NCBI GenBank assembly: GCA_964019425.1
Contig: OZ025799.1
Span: 558,001 to 622,000, forward strand
Direction: 5' to 3'
DNA: 64,000 bases
Origin: Flectonema sp. DT1601
Taxonomy: Eukaryota
In this document: positions 35,175 through 46,498 of the stretch, piece by piece
Layout of the letters: the number at the start of each line of letters is the position of its first letter
Position numbering within the stretch: position 1 is the stretch's first letter
Translations under genes and position numbers: made by a program
Notes under the pieces: model-generated
The model's input: the letters and a program-made list of their open reading frames with translations, nothing else
Database searches by the model: none
What the model was told of the DNA's origin: nothing

Positions 35175-35425
35175 CACTACCAACCCTTAATGAATGATAC
35201 CTAGTACTCTAAGTAGGGTAGTCTTTTTACTACTATTTTGTTGTATCTTACCTGTACCTGTGATGTTTATTTAATATTATCAATTCATTATAAATTCTAC
35301 TTTCTCTTAAACAGTTGGTGAATATGTTCGTTGAATTCACAGACTGATTGATCAATAATACTATATAGGTATTTCATATTCTAAAATTATTATTAACCAG
35401 GTTGGGAGAGGAGAAGAAGTAAAAG

Positions 35426-36536
35426 ATGTCGACGCTCGACAATGTATCAGCAGCAACAAAACTACGAAGAGAACAGATGGATGTGCAAACTGAACTCGAT
35501 CAGAAACGTGCTGAATATCGAGAGAGAATGGATAAAGTTAGGGAACGAGAATTACAATTATCAAAAAGAAGACAGGAACTCCAAGACAAGTTGGTCAGGT
35601 TTTATAAATTTATTCAAGAAAACGAGATTAAGAAAAACAGAGCTGATAAAAAAGCACATGCTGAAATGAAAGCAAAAGAAGAAAAACACCAACTTATCGT
35701 TCAACTGAACGAAGACAGTCGACGACTTGAACGTGAAAAACAAGAAATCAAAGACAAACTACAACGATACCAAAAATACCAAAAGTATCTCGATGAAGTA
35801 CTTCAACAAAATGAAGAATACAGTGATCCGAATGACATCATCAGTAGATGGAAGACCCTTGATGGGAACCATAAAGAGTTACAGGCTCGTAAAACACATT
35901 TGGAACAGCAGATGGAAATTCAAAGACAAGTTTTACAAAAAAAAAAGGAATCAAAAGCCACTGAGATTCTTGACTACACTAACGCTCTTGCAAATAAAGG
36001 AAAACAACTTGAAACCCTTCATCGTGAAGTAACAAAAGCACAAGACGATATTGAGTATTCTCTTGAAAAGAAAACCAGCACTACGAAAACAATCGGTCAA
36101 ATTAAAATGGCAACACAAAATCTGTACGATCGTTGTTTTGATAATGCATCTAAGTTCCGACCAATCCGAAAACATGGCAGCAAAGACGAACAAGGTGGTG
36201 AAGAGATCCTTCACCAGCTTCAATTCATCGGTGAGTGTCTGGGAGATTACATTTACATAAGAGACAAACATAGAGAAGAGATGAAGGCTAAGAAAGTAGT
36301 ATGTTTTATCGTATTTTTGTTTTAGTACATTCAAAACCATATTCCTCCTGCGGTTACCTCATCGAAGTTTAATGTCCAGCTGACAACCTCACGATGATCT
36401 AAAGTACAATTTGTGTTTATAGCCGTCAATTTGTTAACATAATTATATCAAACAGCACCAGCAAGCAGCTCGAGGCGCACCCCAAGGAGTTAAGAGAAAG
36501 CCAGCAGGTTATGCAGAAATGCAGTATGAATCTTAA
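35426..36536 (+). CDS. CFAP73: Cilia/flagella-associated coiled-coil protein CFAP73/CCDC42 family (DUF4200); 2 exons (35426-36298, 36456-36536)
   Basis: LQDKLVRFYKFIQENEIKKNRA, YQKYLDEV, DIISRWKTL, IGQIKMATQNLY and QLQFIGECLGD motifs. Confidence 0.85.
36299..36455 (+). other. cis-spliced intron, 157 nt
   Basis: GTATGT...TATCAAACAG; phase 0; gives a 26-aa terminal exon. Confidence 0.7.
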
Positions 36537-37000
36537 CGTTTCTCCCCCTTTTTTTTTGGTACGGTGCGGATATTTTATTTCTTCATAAATATTCAAACGT
36601 TTCAGCCCTCTTTTATCGTACTAAATCCTCCGCAAAGGGAGCATAATTAAAAAAAAAAAAAAAAAAAACAGGCCAGCTGCCAATGCGATCGTTGATTAAG
36701 TTGAGAGGGAGTCTTCTGTTCCTGCAGTTGATTTAGTTATTCCCCTTTCGAATAAAGGACGTTGGCATTGTTGTGATATATAGTCGGCTTTTTGGGAAAA
36801 AAAAAAAGGATTAAAAAACCGAAATCATCAGTTTTTTTTCCCCCTTCCACGAGACAGGTTTCACAGAATATTAATATTTGACATTTTATTTACTGCCTTG
36901 TTGTTTTGTTTTGTTTTGTTGAAATCTTTTTTTTCTCCCCTCTAAATCTTCAGGCACAGCGCTCTTGTCTTTTTTCCCCCCACGTTATCCGACAGCCAAA

Positions 37001-38159
37001 ATGGGAGCTTGTGGTAGCTCTCCAGCGAGTCAGGTTTGTAAGTTTCACTTATTTGCATCTTTATTCATACCTGTACCCTTTAAAGGGTTAAGCTTATTGT
37101 GAAAAGGAGTTTTGTTTGTTACTCTTTTTGTGAACTCTTGTTGTTTTTTTTTTCATCGGGGGGGGAAAAAAAAAAATAAAATAAAAAACTCAGCCAAAGC
37201 CAGCGGCAAAGAAAACTACCGCTGCTGCACCTGCTCAGCCATTAAAGAAGAAGGATTCCATAAAAAAAGAGGAAGTGAAAACTGTTGAGCAAAAGAAAGA
37301 GGAAGCAAAACCGATTGTATCAGAAATAGTCGAAGAGGTTAATCCTAAGGAATGGACGGGAGATCTCATTATAAAAACTTTAAAGAAAGAAACGATTACT
37401 GTGAAGTCAAGTGCAGAAATGAAAGTAATTGAGCTGAAGGGATTAATTGCGAAAGAGATCGGCATGTCAATCGATCAACAACTCATCCTTCACGAAGACA
37501 ATACTGATGAGCTTGACGACGATCAAACACTAAAACAATGTGGTGTTCTTCAAACATCATTTTTAGTTGTACGTGATCGTCCTAAGGAGGTATCTGAACA
37601 CAGCGCTACCAGTGTTACAGATGACGGTATTCAAATGGCACCATGGGAAGGAAATATAATGATCAAGACTCTTGTTCATTCGAATAATTGGCAACTTACA
37701 GATGTCAATAATGAAACTTTAGTATCTGATCTTAAGGAAATGATTCACAAACAACAAGACCATGAACCTAGCACCTTTACTCTCGTCTTTGGGGGTAAAA
37801 CAATGAAAGAAAAGCATCCTCTGTCACGCTACAAGATCAGTGAGGGTTCTACTATTGTTTTAGTTAACATTTCTAATACGAAGTCACCAAAGGCTGAGAA
37901 GGGCAAGCCATGGAAAGGATTGTTTGGTGTGAAAACCTTGACTGGTGATACCCTCAATCTAGTCACAGCTTCTTCTGAAACAGTCTTAACTCTTAAGAAG
38001 AAAATTGCTGAGAGAAAGAATGGAAATGAATTATGGGTAGAATCCCTTCAACGTTTAGTTTTTGACGGTGAAGAACTTCAGAATGATAAGGAGCTCGGAG
38101 CCTATGGCATCGCCCAGGCATCTCTTCTTGTCGTTTTATTAAGGAGAAGGAGACAGTAA
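37001..38159 (+). CDS. N-acylated protein with three tandem ubiquitin-like domains; 2 exons (37001-37033, 37194-38159)
   Basis: Exon 1 MGACGSSPASQ joins in frame to the 37275 ORF. Three W.G....KTL...V..LK..I......Q.L.F.G..L.D...L..Y.I UBL repeats; no C-terminal GG. Confidence 0.85.
37034..37193 (+). other. cis-spliced intron, 160 nt
   Basis: CAG|GTTTGT...AATAAAAAACTCAG; phase 0; supplies the only plausible ATG. Confidence 0.8.
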
Positions 38160-38894
38160 AAGCACAATTGCCGTGCTGTGTCTGCCGCCTTCCAACCTTC
38201 GTACAGAACAGTGGGTCTGTGGTTGTAGTTTGTTTCTCCAGTTTTTTGTCTTTCCCCTCCATGCATGTGATGAATTTCTACTCACTCTCACTTTCCCCTG
38301 TTTTGTCTTTTGAACTCACTAGCTTCCTTTGCTATACGCAAACGGTTGTTAACCCAACCCCTAGTGAAGTAGAGATTATAGATGATGTGTCATGGAGTGA
38401 TTTCCCACCCCCAGCCACACCACTACCCCCGAAAAAACAAGTAGTGTTATCACTCGACAGCCGTCGTATTTTTTTTCTTCTATTTTTTTAAAAAATATAA
38501 AAAAAATCCGATTGGTTATCACGTGTGATATGGCTAGTTAGAGATTATTCTAACATTCAAATTTGTTGTTGTGTATGTAATACCCAGTTGTTTTTTTTTT
38601 TTTTTAAATTATTTATTTGTCTTTTTTCCTTTTAGTGAGCAGTATTTTCCTGCATTGATCCTGTCGTTCAGCAAGTTGATGGAACTGAGTTTTTAATCAA
38701 TTTTAATTTTTTAATCTGAGCAGACAATAAAAAAAAAAAAAAAAAAAAAAAAAAATTGTGTATTTTTCCTTACTGCAAAGATGAATTAATCTGACTATGT
38801 TTTATCTTAATGAATAATATAGTTTGGGTTTGTTCGGGCCTGTGATCATAGTTTTCATTGCGCCCCTCTGGAGTTGCTGTTGGAGGTTTTTTAT

Positions 38895-38930
<36 letters not shown>

Positions 38931-38965
38931 CTTGTTTTTCGTTAGTTAGCAATATTGACTAGGTG

Positions 38966-39008
<43 letters not shown>

Positions 39009-39895
39009 CGTGTCGCAGTGGCTTTTGCTTGGGGGAAAAAAGGATTTTTTATAATAATATTATGTTTGACAATCTCAAAATAACATCACGCCTTTATCTT
39101 TTAACAACCTTTACACGTGACATTGTTTTTCTTTTTTTTTTCCGTTTTTTTGTTGTTTGGTGCTCGTGCCTTCTAATTTGAATACCTAATTTGTGTATTC
39201 ATTATGTTGTTCCTTCCTCAACCCAGTTTTTCTTTCATGTTTAGCATCCTAATAAGACAACATAGAGAAGCTATATTACTTGTGAAAATGTTTTTTTTTT
39301 TTTGTTCCCCAATCGCGACGGAGAGGGGAAGAAGGAAGAAAAAAAAAAAAAAAGTAACAAGGACGCCCTTTTATTCTTCGCAAGTAGCTCGCTTCCTTGC
39401 TGGTAGTTTTCGTCTGGGATTTGGGGGAAAAAAAAAAATGTCGTCGCGATTCAGTTACTCATCTGAGGCGAAGATCATTTATTTTCTGCTGTAGTTGTCA
39501 TTCTCTAGTTTTAGCTAGTGATGACTTATAAGTGATAATAAACTTAACAAGACTTATTCTGTACCCAATGTCTGGTGAGGATGATTTGATTCGTTTCTTT
39601 CCTTTAAGAATCAGGTGCTTTCCTGGCAGTTGATGATAAGAGGGGAAGACAGGAAGGGAAAAAAAAAAAAAAAAAAAAAAAGAATGAAGGAAATGTAAAA
39701 AAAAAAAAAAAAAATTTCTTTCTTTGAAATAAAAATAATGCGAACGTAAGTTTTTTTTTTTTTTTTTTTTAAACCCAATTCAAACAGTTTACAAAAAAAA
39801 AAAAAAAACCTAGCATGAATACGTTTTTTTTAAATTTTTTTTTTTCCCTTAAAGTATACAATAATATATTTCCCAGGTCATCAGAAGAAAAAAGG

Positions 39896-42490
39896 ATGAC
39901 TGACGAGTTAAAATATCTCGCTGGCGGGACATCAGTAGCAGTCGATGCTGGTGCTTCAGTCAAGCTGTTGGGAAGACAAGACGTTGAATTGGAACACGCG
40001 AGACAGAGAATTGCTTTCTGTGATAATGAAACTTCAATTAGAATGGATTTATCATTCAATTTACTACAAGAAATTGGAAAAATAGCTTCACAACACTTTC
40101 CTGTTAAGTGCAGAAAATGTGACAGTCTGCTCACATACTTCTTAAAGTCACCTTGGGAAAAGTGGAATTGCAATCAATGTGGTAGACGATACCGAGAACC
40201 AGTTCATGCTTGCTCCGTCACACCTGAAGAGTGTGATGTGTGTTATTGTATGGAATGTATGAATAATAAAATGAAAGCTTATAAGTTACCTGTTGTTGAA
40301 AAAATACCAACACCGATACCTACCCCGCCACCTACACCAAAACCAAAGAAAGTAAAGAAGAAACCATCAATCGTCAGCAGTCAATTAGAATCTGATGAAC
40401 ATTCACATCGTCAACGTCTGCAGTCGGTTTGGATCGACGGATGGGATCTTCTTATTCAAATGAATGAGATGTTTCGTTCCTCTTTGAGTGATCAGAAATC
40501 AAAGAAGGAGCCTGTCACTGATAATGTTCCAGTACAAAAAGCTATAAAAGCTCTATCTCATACAACAATGGGATGGAATGAAGGAAAAATCGATTCTTCA
40601 TCGAGCTGCTACACCACTACAACGATCAGCTCAGAACCGGAACTGAGAGAGTTTTGGGGTAGAATTGAAAAGTGGTTTTGGGAGAAGCCTGGGGATGTCG
40701 TAGATGAACTTGTGTCAAATCTCAGATTCCCAAAATCGATGAATAAAATATCCGTCTTATCAGCTGTAGCGAATGCTTTAGTAGAAAGAGACGACATTGT
40801 TGCTTCTCACGGTGCTGTTTTAGTTGAGCTACTGGTCCTAAGACAATACACACAGAAACCTGTAGATATTGATCGTGATCTCTTATGGGAAATCCCAACT
40901 GATATTCCATCTTATGAAGCAACTTATACAGACTGGGGTTGGGATCAGCCTGGAACTGATAAGAGAAACGGTTCAATATTCTCTCCTGTCTGCTCTGCTC
41001 TTCGAGACCAAGGACCTGGTGGTACTAAATCTAACTGGTCGGAACAGACTATAAAAAAATGGATTAAATGGATATGCACCGTCTCAGCGTGTTGTTCTCA
41101 ACCAACAACAGAAATTACTACACTTTGGAGAGGACTTGGAGGAGGATACCTACCGAGTGAAGTAATTGAGAGCCACAGAAAGCTATCAAGTGGATCTGTC
41201 ATAGGATGGCCTGCTCTCAGCAGTACATCTTTTAATAAGCAGGCATCTATTGATTATATGTTGGGGGTTGCTGTGAATTCAACTTCGAAGATTGATTCTC
41301 GCAAGCCTGGTTCAATTTTATTTAAGATATCCTCGTCTCGTTCTGGAAGGAAACTTCAATCGATCTCGCAATACCCAGAAGAAGAGGAACTGTTGTTGGG
41401 ACCGTTTAACATGTTTACAATTAATGATGTTAAGGCTGATATGAGAAATAATTTTAAAAATTTAAAAAATGAACCGATGGGTTTAATCATTGCAATGACT
41501 GCTACAGGTCCTCTGTCTACCAGTAATTCTTTTTACTATGAAGTTAGGAAAGAAGCAGTTAGCGCTTCAAGGAAACTTGTATTGGCGACGTCTTCAGAAA
41601 ATCAATTTACCTTAGAGAATAGAGTTGCTATTCTTCGTCCTGTTATTGAAGTTTTGCTTCCGAATCAGAATACCCGACAACTATTATTTGAATCGGAGAG
41701 GTTGGGTGAAAACTGTCATTCAGATGCTTCGTCTGTCGGTAGTACTCTCGCAAGGTTACTTAAACAGGCACTTGTAGATCAAAATAACAATCACGATCAA
41801 GTTATTAAAAAATTAGAAAATAAATTACAAAATGATCAAAACAACAACAGCAATCAAACTGCTTTATTTCAACATTTAATATCCGATTTAGAAGCAGTTT
41901 TGGGACCCGAATCATCTACCATAAAAACCATTGCTAAGAACCTTCTTCGTAAACATGACGGTGGAATGAAATCATTTTTTAACATAATTAAAAAAATGAT
42001 AACAATTCAATATCAGCAAACTATTTCAAAGAAGCTCACCGGAAAAAGACTTTCGGCAACAGAAATATCTGACGCCGACTTTATTGATAACCTGAAAGAA
42101 ACAATATCTCAAACAGACAGACACAACGCTATAAAGTCTATTCGATCAACGAATCCACTTTCAGAAGATATGGGTGACTACATTACAAAACTGAAAGAAT
42201 TATTCTCATCACAGTTTGTTAGAGAAGTGCTTCACAGCTTTGATGGAAAGATACCTGAAGGTATAACATCGTTTTCTGACCTAGGAAGATATCTTAATGT
42301 AAAGTTTAGTCAGACTCAGTCTCAATTGGACAGAGCACAGCTGGCAATCATTGATACATGTGATCAAATATCAAACGGAAGTGCTGATCTGATTTCTTCG
42401 TGTGAAGAGTCTGGGTTTCGACCTGCTCCTTTTCCATACTCTCGTCATTGTGAAGACTCGATGGAGTTGAGAAATATTTTGTTTGGATGA
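39896..42490 (+). CDS. Toxin-type (R-S-E clade) mono-ADP-ribosyltransferase with N-terminal Cys-rich zinc finger
   Basis: TLWRGL, WPALSSTS and SQYPEEEELLLGP motifs; CRKC..CNQC..HAC..CDVCYCMEC; ATG 39896 follows TTTCCCAG. Confidence 0.85.
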   Translation: MTDELKYLAGGTSVAVDAGASVKLLGRQDVELEHARQRIAFCDNETSIRMDLSFNLLQEIGKIASQHFPVKCRKCDSLLTYFLKSPWEKWNCNQCGRRYREPVHACSVTPEECDVCYCMECMNNKMKAYKLPVVEKIPTPIPTPPPTPKPKKVKKKPSIVSSQLESDEHSHRQRLQSVWIDGWDLLIQMNEMFRSSLSDQKSKKEPVTDNVPVQKAIKALSHTTMGWNEGKIDSSSSCYTTTTISSEPELREFWGRIEKWFWEKPGDVVDELVSNLRFPKSMNKISVLSAVANALVERDDIVASHGAVLVELLVLRQYTQKPVDIDRDLLWEIPTDIPSYEATYTDWGWDQPGTDKRNGSIFSPVCSALRDQGPGGTKSNWSEQTIKKWIKWICTVSACCSQPTTEITTLWRGLGGGYLPSEVIESHRKLSSGSVIGWPALSSTSFNKQASIDYMLGVAVNSTSKIDSRKPGSILFKISSSRSGRKLQSISQYPEEEELLLGPFNMFTINDVKADMRNNFKNLKNEPMGLIIAMTATGPLSTSNSFYYEVRKEAVSASRKLVLATSSENQFTLENRVAILRPVIEVLLPNQNTRQLLFESERLGENCHSDASSVGSTLARLLKQALVDQNNNHDQVIKKLENKLQNDQNNNSNQTALFQHLISDLEAVLGPESSTIKTIAKNLLRKHDGGMKSFFNIIKKMITIQYQQTISKKLTGKRLSATEISDADFIDNLKETISQTDRHNAIKSIRSTNPLSEDMGDYITKLKELFSSQFVREVLHSFDGKIPEGITSFSDLGRYLNVKFSQTQSQLDRAQLAIIDTCDQISNGSADLISSCEESGFRPAPFPYSRHCEDSMELRNILFG

Positions 42491-43159
42491 TTCGACACAC
42501 TTACTTAACACACATACTCACATCAACCCTCTATAAGTGTAAGGTGTGTGTGATCCTTGTCCTTTTATTTATTACATGATGTTATTGTTAACTTTAGGGG
42601 TGTTTTGATTTACCTTTCTGAGATCTGAAACAGGTATCGTTTGATTATTTAGTACACGTGCGCTCCGGTGCAAGTCTGATAGTGTGGTTTACAATATTAT
42701 TAATTTGAGGCGTCACGCGTAATCGACTTTTGCGTTTACAGTTTTAGTGGATTACATCGTCTTCTTGAAATTTTATTAATATCGTTATTATCAAACTGTC
42801 ATTCATCATAACACAACCGAATTCTATCTTTTGTTATACGAATGAGGTATTGACTTGTACAATCTTGCCCTTTTTACTTTTCCTACTTTACTGTTATCTC
42901 TATCTGTAAAAAAAAAAAAAAAAAAGGGTATTTTGATGTACCCTTTGTTAGATCTTATTTCAAAAGTTTTTTTTTTTTTTCTTTCTGTCTTTTTGGAGTT
43001 TTCTTATGCATTTATTATTATTTTTTTTTTTCAGAATTGCATCCGCATCAAAAAGAATTGCCGTCAATGAGTTGGATAAGGTTGATTAGTAGTGGTTGAT
43101 TAAAGTGTTTATTAAGTAACAAAAAAAAATACTTTTTACATTAAACTCAGGGAGGTATT

Positions 43160-43723
43160 ATGTACAGTACTTATCCGCATCTTAATTTCTCGTCACAGAG
43201 ACCGACACCTGGTTTCACCCTCGCATACTCAACTCCTTCTCTCGCAGTAGGAAAGCGAGGAGCGAAAGGTTGGAAACGTGACGGCGACTACGATTCGTTT
43301 TTTTGGAAATCCGCGTCTCGAAGAAACAAAGACGAACCAGTTTTAACTGAATTGGGAGTCGTACTTCGATATGGAGGTGAACATAACGAAGATAAACTAC
43401 CTGAAGTGAGTCACAATATTAATAACAATAACAATAACTCTAATCGTAGTGACAATGAGGTAGTCATTAATGATTTACCTCAAAGTGTTCCTCAGGTAGC
43501 GTCTCCCAGTCAGCCTTCGAATTCTTCTTTTCGACGTTCCCGTCGAGCTCATTACCTCCGAAGGCAGATATCAGAATTAGAGTCTACGACGTCGAGTTTG
43601 TTTCTTTCTAAAAATAACTTTTCAAATATGAGTCAGCAGATCAATTCAATCACAGATGCGATTCTCACAAAAAAACAGCGATTCCGCGAGAGACAGCGAC
43701 AAGCCCCTCGAGTGTGGGGTTGA
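43160..43723 (+). CDS. Hypothetical low-complexity protein
   Basis: 187-aa ORF with ATG 9 nt after an AG; composition is coding-like compared with the flanks. Confidence 0.6.
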   Translation: MYSTYPHLNFSSQRPTPGFTLAYSTPSLAVGKRGAKGWKRDGDYDSFFWKSASRRNKDEPVLTELGVVLRYGGEHNEDKLPEVSHNINNNNNNSNRSDNEVVINDLPQSVPQVASPSQPSNSSFRRSRRAHYLRRQISELESTTSSLFLSKNNFSNMSQQINSITDAILTKKQRFRERQRQAPRVWG

Positions 43724-43949
43724 GCAGAGCTTCTCATAACTCACTTCTGTGTGTTTGTCTTTTTGTTAAGGTGAACCTTCTTTTTTTAAAAAAAAAAAAA
43801 CTTAATGGGGAAATATAAATCAAATCGTCTCGTTGAGCTACCTGTGCTTTGCTAAGTTTACACTTTTTGCGCTGTACTAGTTTGTTCTTCTGTTGCTTTT
43901 GATGATTCGTTATAAAAGTATCTTCATCTCTCAGGAAGACGCGAGTGAT

Positions 43950-44864
43950 ATGTTCCGAAGAGTATCAGGGAAATCACTCCCATCTTCATTGGTTGAATAC
44001 GATCCATGGGTACCCAATGACTACGATGATATTATGAGAGAACGAGAAGCCCTCCGAGCCAAACAACGAATGGAAGAAGAAGAGAGAAAAGAAAACGAGT
44101 GGAAAGATGAAGAAAAAAGGAAATGGGAAGAAAGTGAAAAACAACGACTACAACTCAATAGAGTCACTGAGGGGTCCAATGTATCTGGAGAAGCCGCATT
44201 CATGAGAAGGGTCGGACTGTCAAAGCAAATGGGAAGCCGAGCAGCTCTTCAAGTCGAACGTGAAGAAGCAAAAGAAAAGAAAGCAAAACAACTAATTCAA
44301 GAAGAAGCCAGCAAGAAGATGTCATTCGCTGAACGGATGCTCCGCAAACAGGGATGGGAAGAAGGAAAGGGACTCGGAAAAAACGAAGACGGTCGAACAC
44401 TCCCTCTGAACTTAGAAAAATTACAACCACCTGGAGCCCGTAAATCAGGTCCAGTAAAGGGCGTAATAAAGACTGCGGAACCTGAAAAGAAAAATAAACG
44501 AAGAGGCACAACTAAACTCCAAGGCACACCAACTAAAGTCGTACTTCTCAGGAACATGGTGACGACTAAAGATGTTGACAGTGAACTCCGTAGTGAAGTA
44601 GCTGATGAGTGTGCTCGTTACGGAATTGTAAAAAATGTTTCTGTTTTTGTATCGGAAGTTGCTGATACACCGGAAAATGGAAAAGTTCGTATTTTTGTTA
44701 AATTCGAGAGGATTCCTGAAGCAATGAAAGCAGTCATAGAACTCGATGGCAGAACGTTTGCTGGTCGTGTTGTAAGCGCCTGCTTCTACGATGAAACAAA
44801 ATACGATCTCTCTTTGTTGGATGTGCAGTCTGAAGAGCCCCCACTACCATTAGCATCACGGTAG
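43950..44864 (+). CDS. SPF45: Splicing factor 45 (SPF45/RBM17/DRT111): SF45 motif, G-patch, UHM
   Basis: EYDPWVPNDYD; FAERMLRKQGWEEGKGLGKNEDG; PTKVVLLRNMV...EVADECARYG...RIFVKF...LDGRTFAGR.V.A.FY. Confidence 0.95.
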   Translation: MFRRVSGKSLPSSLVEYDPWVPNDYDDIMREREALRAKQRMEEEERKENEWKDEEKRKWEESEKQRLQLNRVTEGSNVSGEAAFMRRVGLSKQMGSRAALQVEREEAKEKKAKQLIQEEASKKMSFAERMLRKQGWEEGKGLGKNEDGRTLPLNLEKLQPPGARKSGPVKGVIKTAEPEKKNKRRGTTKLQGTPTKVVLLRNMVTTKDVDSELRSEVADECARYGIVKNVSVFVSEVADTPENGKVRIFVKFERIPEAMKAVIELDGRTFAGRVVSACFYDETKYDLSLLDVQSEEPPLPLASR

Positions 44865-45211
44865 CGTAGACTACAACAAGACTGCTTCGCTTCACTAGTT
44901 ACAACTAAAAGATATTTCTAGCTGCAGATATTCTTACGGACTTTCTGATTTAAATACAGTTGTGGTCATCATCCACAAAATTCTGTACTGCATTCCCTCT
45001 TTCCGAAGAGTTTTAATTGAAACCCTTCTTCTCTTGCTAGATTAACGAGAATCGATTTGACTTTTTATTTTATTTTATTTTATTGTTGTTTCTCAATACC
45101 TTAAAAATACAACATAAACCTTTCTCTTTCCTTATCCAGATGGTTGCGCCTGCAAGGTGTCGAGAAGGATCACATTACAGTTGAGTACCTTATTTTATAC
45201 CAACAACAGAC

Positions 45212-46177
45212 ATGAACACTCGAGGCTTAAGCCGATGGGGTCGAAATGTATTAGAACAAGTTGGGATTATTAAGAAAAAACGTATTATAGACACCCCGTG
45301 GGAAAGACATGACAACACCCATCTTGCTAAGAAAAGCATGAAATCGAGGATCGTTAGCAGCCTACGTCAGATGAAAGCAGAGGCAACTAGACCAGTGGAA
45401 TCACCTGTGAGTAATATCACATTGGATTCTTTAAAGACAAATAGGCACTTTGGAAACCTGGCACACCTTCTTGATGATATAAGAACAGATATGGGCGACA
45501 GATATCAAAAAATGGATAGTTCTTTAGCTCAGGTTGCGGCCGAACAAAATACAGATGCCCATCTTAGACAAGACGGAATTCAGAACGTGCAACGAATCCT
45601 GGCGGAGCCTAACATTCGATTACCTGACCAGGTAATTACTATAGTTGATAATTTAGATGAAATAACTCGTCGAATGTGTCTAAGCGTAGAAAAACGAATA
45701 TTTCTACAAAAGTTAGTCAAACAACAAAAACCTGAAAACGTTCTTGACGTCGGAACATACTACACCGCATACTCCGCGTGTGCGATGGTTGCTGCACATC
45801 CTGAAGCTCATGTCATAACTTTAGAAGATCATTATGTCTTTTATAAATCGGCTACTGCGACAGTAAATAAATTAAAGACTCATCACAAGATAAAAACGTT
45901 CCTCGGAGGCGTTCCTTATTTGTTAAAGAAAACTCGACTAAAACCTTTTGACTTTATATTTTTAGACCACCGATCAGATAAATTTAAAGAGGACCTTGAA
46001 CTCCTCATCAAAGAAAATTTAATTAAAAAAAACGCTCTCATCGTATCAAACATTCAGGAGGGGTATTTCGGTTCGGAGTTTGCAGAGTTTTTAACATATC
46101 AAACTAAGCAGACGTACCTTAAACCTTTACACGGTCCTCCTTCATCACCTCTCTATGTGGTTAGATATATAGGTTGA
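45212..46177 (+). CDS. Catechol O-methyltransferase-like class I SAM-dependent methyltransferase
   Basis: QQKPENVLDVGTYYTAYSA, VITLE, FDFIFLDH...F..DL; the basic N-terminus may be a mitochondrial presequence. Confidence 0.8.
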   Translation: MNTRGLSRWGRNVLEQVGIIKKKRIIDTPWERHDNTHLAKKSMKSRIVSSLRQMKAEATRPVESPVSNITLDSLKTNRHFGNLAHLLDDIRTDMGDRYQKMDSSLAQVAAEQNTDAHLRQDGIQNVQRILAEPNIRLPDQVITIVDNLDEITRRMCLSVEKRIFLQKLVKQQKPENVLDVGTYYTAYSACAMVAAHPEAHVITLEDHYVFYKSATATVNKLKTHHKIKTFLGGVPYLLKKTRLKPFDFIFLDHRSDKFKEDLELLIKENLIKKNALIVSNIQEGYFGSEFAEFLTYQTKQTYLKPLHGPPSSPLYVVRYIG

Positions 46178-46498
46178 AGTCATCTAAGAAAATAGTTTTC
46201 TTAGTTACCTTGAGGGGGGTTTGAACTGGATTGGTTTTCTTTCAGACTAAGATTTTGAAAAAAAAAAAAAAAAAAAAAGTATCAATTTTTTCTTACAGTT
46301 TACACTATGCTGATGATGAGAGAATAGAGATAGAGAAGTGTTACTGTAAACCGTTTATGTTTTGTAATAAATGGCTTAGTTGATTTCTTATTCTCACCCC
46401 ATTTAGAAGGAGATATCCAAAAAAAAAAAAAAAAAAAAAAAAAAGTGTTCTTTGGGTTTCCCCATAGCAAGAAAAAACAAAAACTGATGAATAATTGA

